Shown here: in pieces, positions 62,743 through 64,000 of the stretch
How the letters are laid out: every line of letters begins with the position of its first letter
Position numbering within the stretch: position 1 is the stretch's first letter
Assembly (NCBI GenBank): GCA_964390495.1
Contig: CAYMIN010000011.1
Coordinates: 29,701-93,700 of the forward strand
Direction of reading: 5' to 3'
DNA length: 64,000 nucleotides
Source: an uncultured Armatimonadia bacterium
GTDB lineage: Bacteria; Armatimonadota; Zipacnadia; Zipacnadales; UBA11051
Notes under the pieces: model-generated
What the model saw: the letters and a program-made list of their open reading frames with translations, nothing else
Database searches by the model: none
What the model was told of the DNA's origin: nothing
Program-made: the position numbers and the translations under genes

Positions 62743-64000
62743 ATGGACCGGGAACTGCTGATCTTCGCTGTCTTGCTGGTACTGCTAGTGGCGCAGTGCC
62801 GAGCGCAGGAGAATCCGCCTGATCCCCTGGTGGCCTACGCCCCTGATGTGGTGGGGGTGGGGCGCATGTTCATGGTCGCGCTGAAGGTGCCGACTGAGGC
62901 GCCCGAAGTCAAGGTCACAGTGCCGGATTGCGTGGAGCTGTTCGACCGCACGCCCCTGCCTACGGAGCAGGAACTGCGCAAATACTATTTCCGCAGTCTC
63001 AAGTCCGCCCCGCAAGCGGCCATCGTCTTTGCGCACCCCGACCACAATATCACCATTACCATCGCGATCTGGTCCTTTGAGGATTTGCGGCAGTTCCGGG
63101 AATTGAAGGGGGCGCAGTTGCCTCGGCGCTGGCCGCTGGGCGAGCCGCTGCCGGAACTCAAGCAGCAACAGCTATTCCCCACCGGTGCCGAAGTCAAAAG
63201 CGACGAGGGCAGCGGCGGCTGGCTGGCGGTTCCCGATGATGTCATCTGGGAGATGCAGCCCGATAGCACCATCCCGCGCTGGCACTGGGTCAACCTGCCG
63301 CTGGGGTGCCCGGTGCACGGCAAGGCGATCTACAAGCAGCGGGCCTATTACCCGTGGCACTTCGAAACCTCGATGCCGCCCTGGGATTTCAAGATTCGCT
63401 GCCCGGTGGGTGACGAGGTCTATCCCTCCAACGACTTCGCCAGTGGTGACCTCACCAGTGGCGATTTTTCCGACGACGGTATCGGCGGCGGCTACCTCCA
63501 GGACGGCAACCACTATGGCTTCATCGCCGAGGTCTGCCAGTACTACTGCCGCCGGATGATGACAGTCGCGCCCTCGTGCGCCAACAGCTACGTGGCCACC
63601 GGTGATGTCAGGTATGTTCACAAGGCGCTGGTGGCGCTCTCGCGTCTGGCGGTCGAGTACTCGTACCTGGCCACCATGACCCACCACCGTCATCGCAACT
63701 CCGTGCGTCAGGTCGAACGACTGGGACAGGACCGCTTCGAAAACGGTCCTTACCTGCGCGCGACCGGCTTCAACACTTACCCGATCGAGCAGCCCGGCCA
63801 GCAGATCGCCCATGCCGAGGCCTATGACAAGATCTTCCCGGCAATCGCGAAGGACCCGGAGATCATCCCCTTCCTGCAGGGCAAGGGCTTCGATGTCAAG
63901 ACGCACCAGGACGTGCGGCGCTTCATCGAGGAGAACCTCTTTGCCGTCTGGATGCAGGGGAGCATGGATGCCTCCTGTGCCTCCAATGAGCCATATTCGC
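62743..64000 (+). CDS. Heparinase II/III-like paralog, 5' part only; runs off the right edge; absent from the ORF track
   Basis: Manual translation from ATG 62743 is open to the window end: signal peptide, LGCPVHG...YYPW...KIRCPVGDEVYPSNDF, and AYDKIFP..KDPEIIPFL matching AYDAIYP..EDPQLLAFL of the upstream gene. Confidence 0.8.
   Translation, partial: MDRELLIFAVLLVLLVAQCRAQENPPDPLVAYAPDVVGVGRMFMVALKVPTEAPEVKVTVPDCVELFDRTPLPTEQELRKYYFRSLKSAPQAAIVFAHPDHNITITIAIWSFEDLRQFRELKGAQLPRRWPLGEPLPELKQQQLFPTGAEVKSDEGSGGWLAVPDDVIWEMQPDSTIPRWHWVNLPLGCPVHGKAIYKQRAYYPWHFETSMPPWDFKIRCPVGDEVYPSNDFASGDLTSGDFSDDGIGGGYLQDGNHYGFIAEVCQYYCRRMMTVAPSCANSYVATGDVRYVHKALVALSRLAVEYSYLATMTHHRHRNSVRQVERLGQDRFENGPYLRATGFNTYPIEQPGQQIAHAEAYDKIFPAIAKDPEIIPFLQGKGFDVKTHQDVRRFIEENLFAVWMQGSMDASCASNEPYS

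Noticed and set aside
1-64000. CRISPR array / cas genes
   Set aside because: No run of regularly spaced identical repeats with unique spacers was seen. The repeats found are dispersed palindromes or isolated pairs.

Overview
GC-rich bacterial chromosomal window, most likely Armatimonadota-like. This is inferred from tandem DUF1559 prepilin-type H-X9-DG proteins, giant PQQ-propeller and heparinase II/III proteins, and a diderm-type beta-barrel gene alongside a T-box; it is not proven. The housekeeping backbone is gatB, queH, infC-rpmI-rplT-trmH-[T-box]-pheS-pheT, purN, tRNA-Pro(CGG) and dtd. It is interleaved with carbohydrate/metabolite catabolic genes: three heparinase II/III-like proteins, a GHL10-like multidomain hydrolase, URO-D family proteins and amidohydrolases. 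Most notable observations: (1) a 4.1-kb integrase-less cassette with two SPPY-type DNA methyltransferases and a PLD (HKD) nuclease, a BfiI-like layout. It is bounded by a perfect 40-bp direct repeat that duplicates the 3' end of an MBL-hydrolase gene and swaps that protein's C-terminus. (2) Two independent two-gene modules, each pairing a canonical amidohydrolase with a paralog that has lost its metal ligands (candidate enzyme/pseudoenzyme heteromers). (3) An orphan FliM homolog behind a near-consensus sigma-28 promoter, downstream of an atypical response regulator. (4) A stand-alone class III nucleotide cyclase with a non-canonical specificity residue. (5) A four-gene catabolic operon bracketed by identical 44-bp repeats. 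(6) A Phe T-box with an atypical antiterminator bulge, an ATA start for infC, and several REP/MITE-like repeat families. No CRISPR array, rRNA, integrase or transposase was seen. All family calls come from motif recognition by eye, not database searches.
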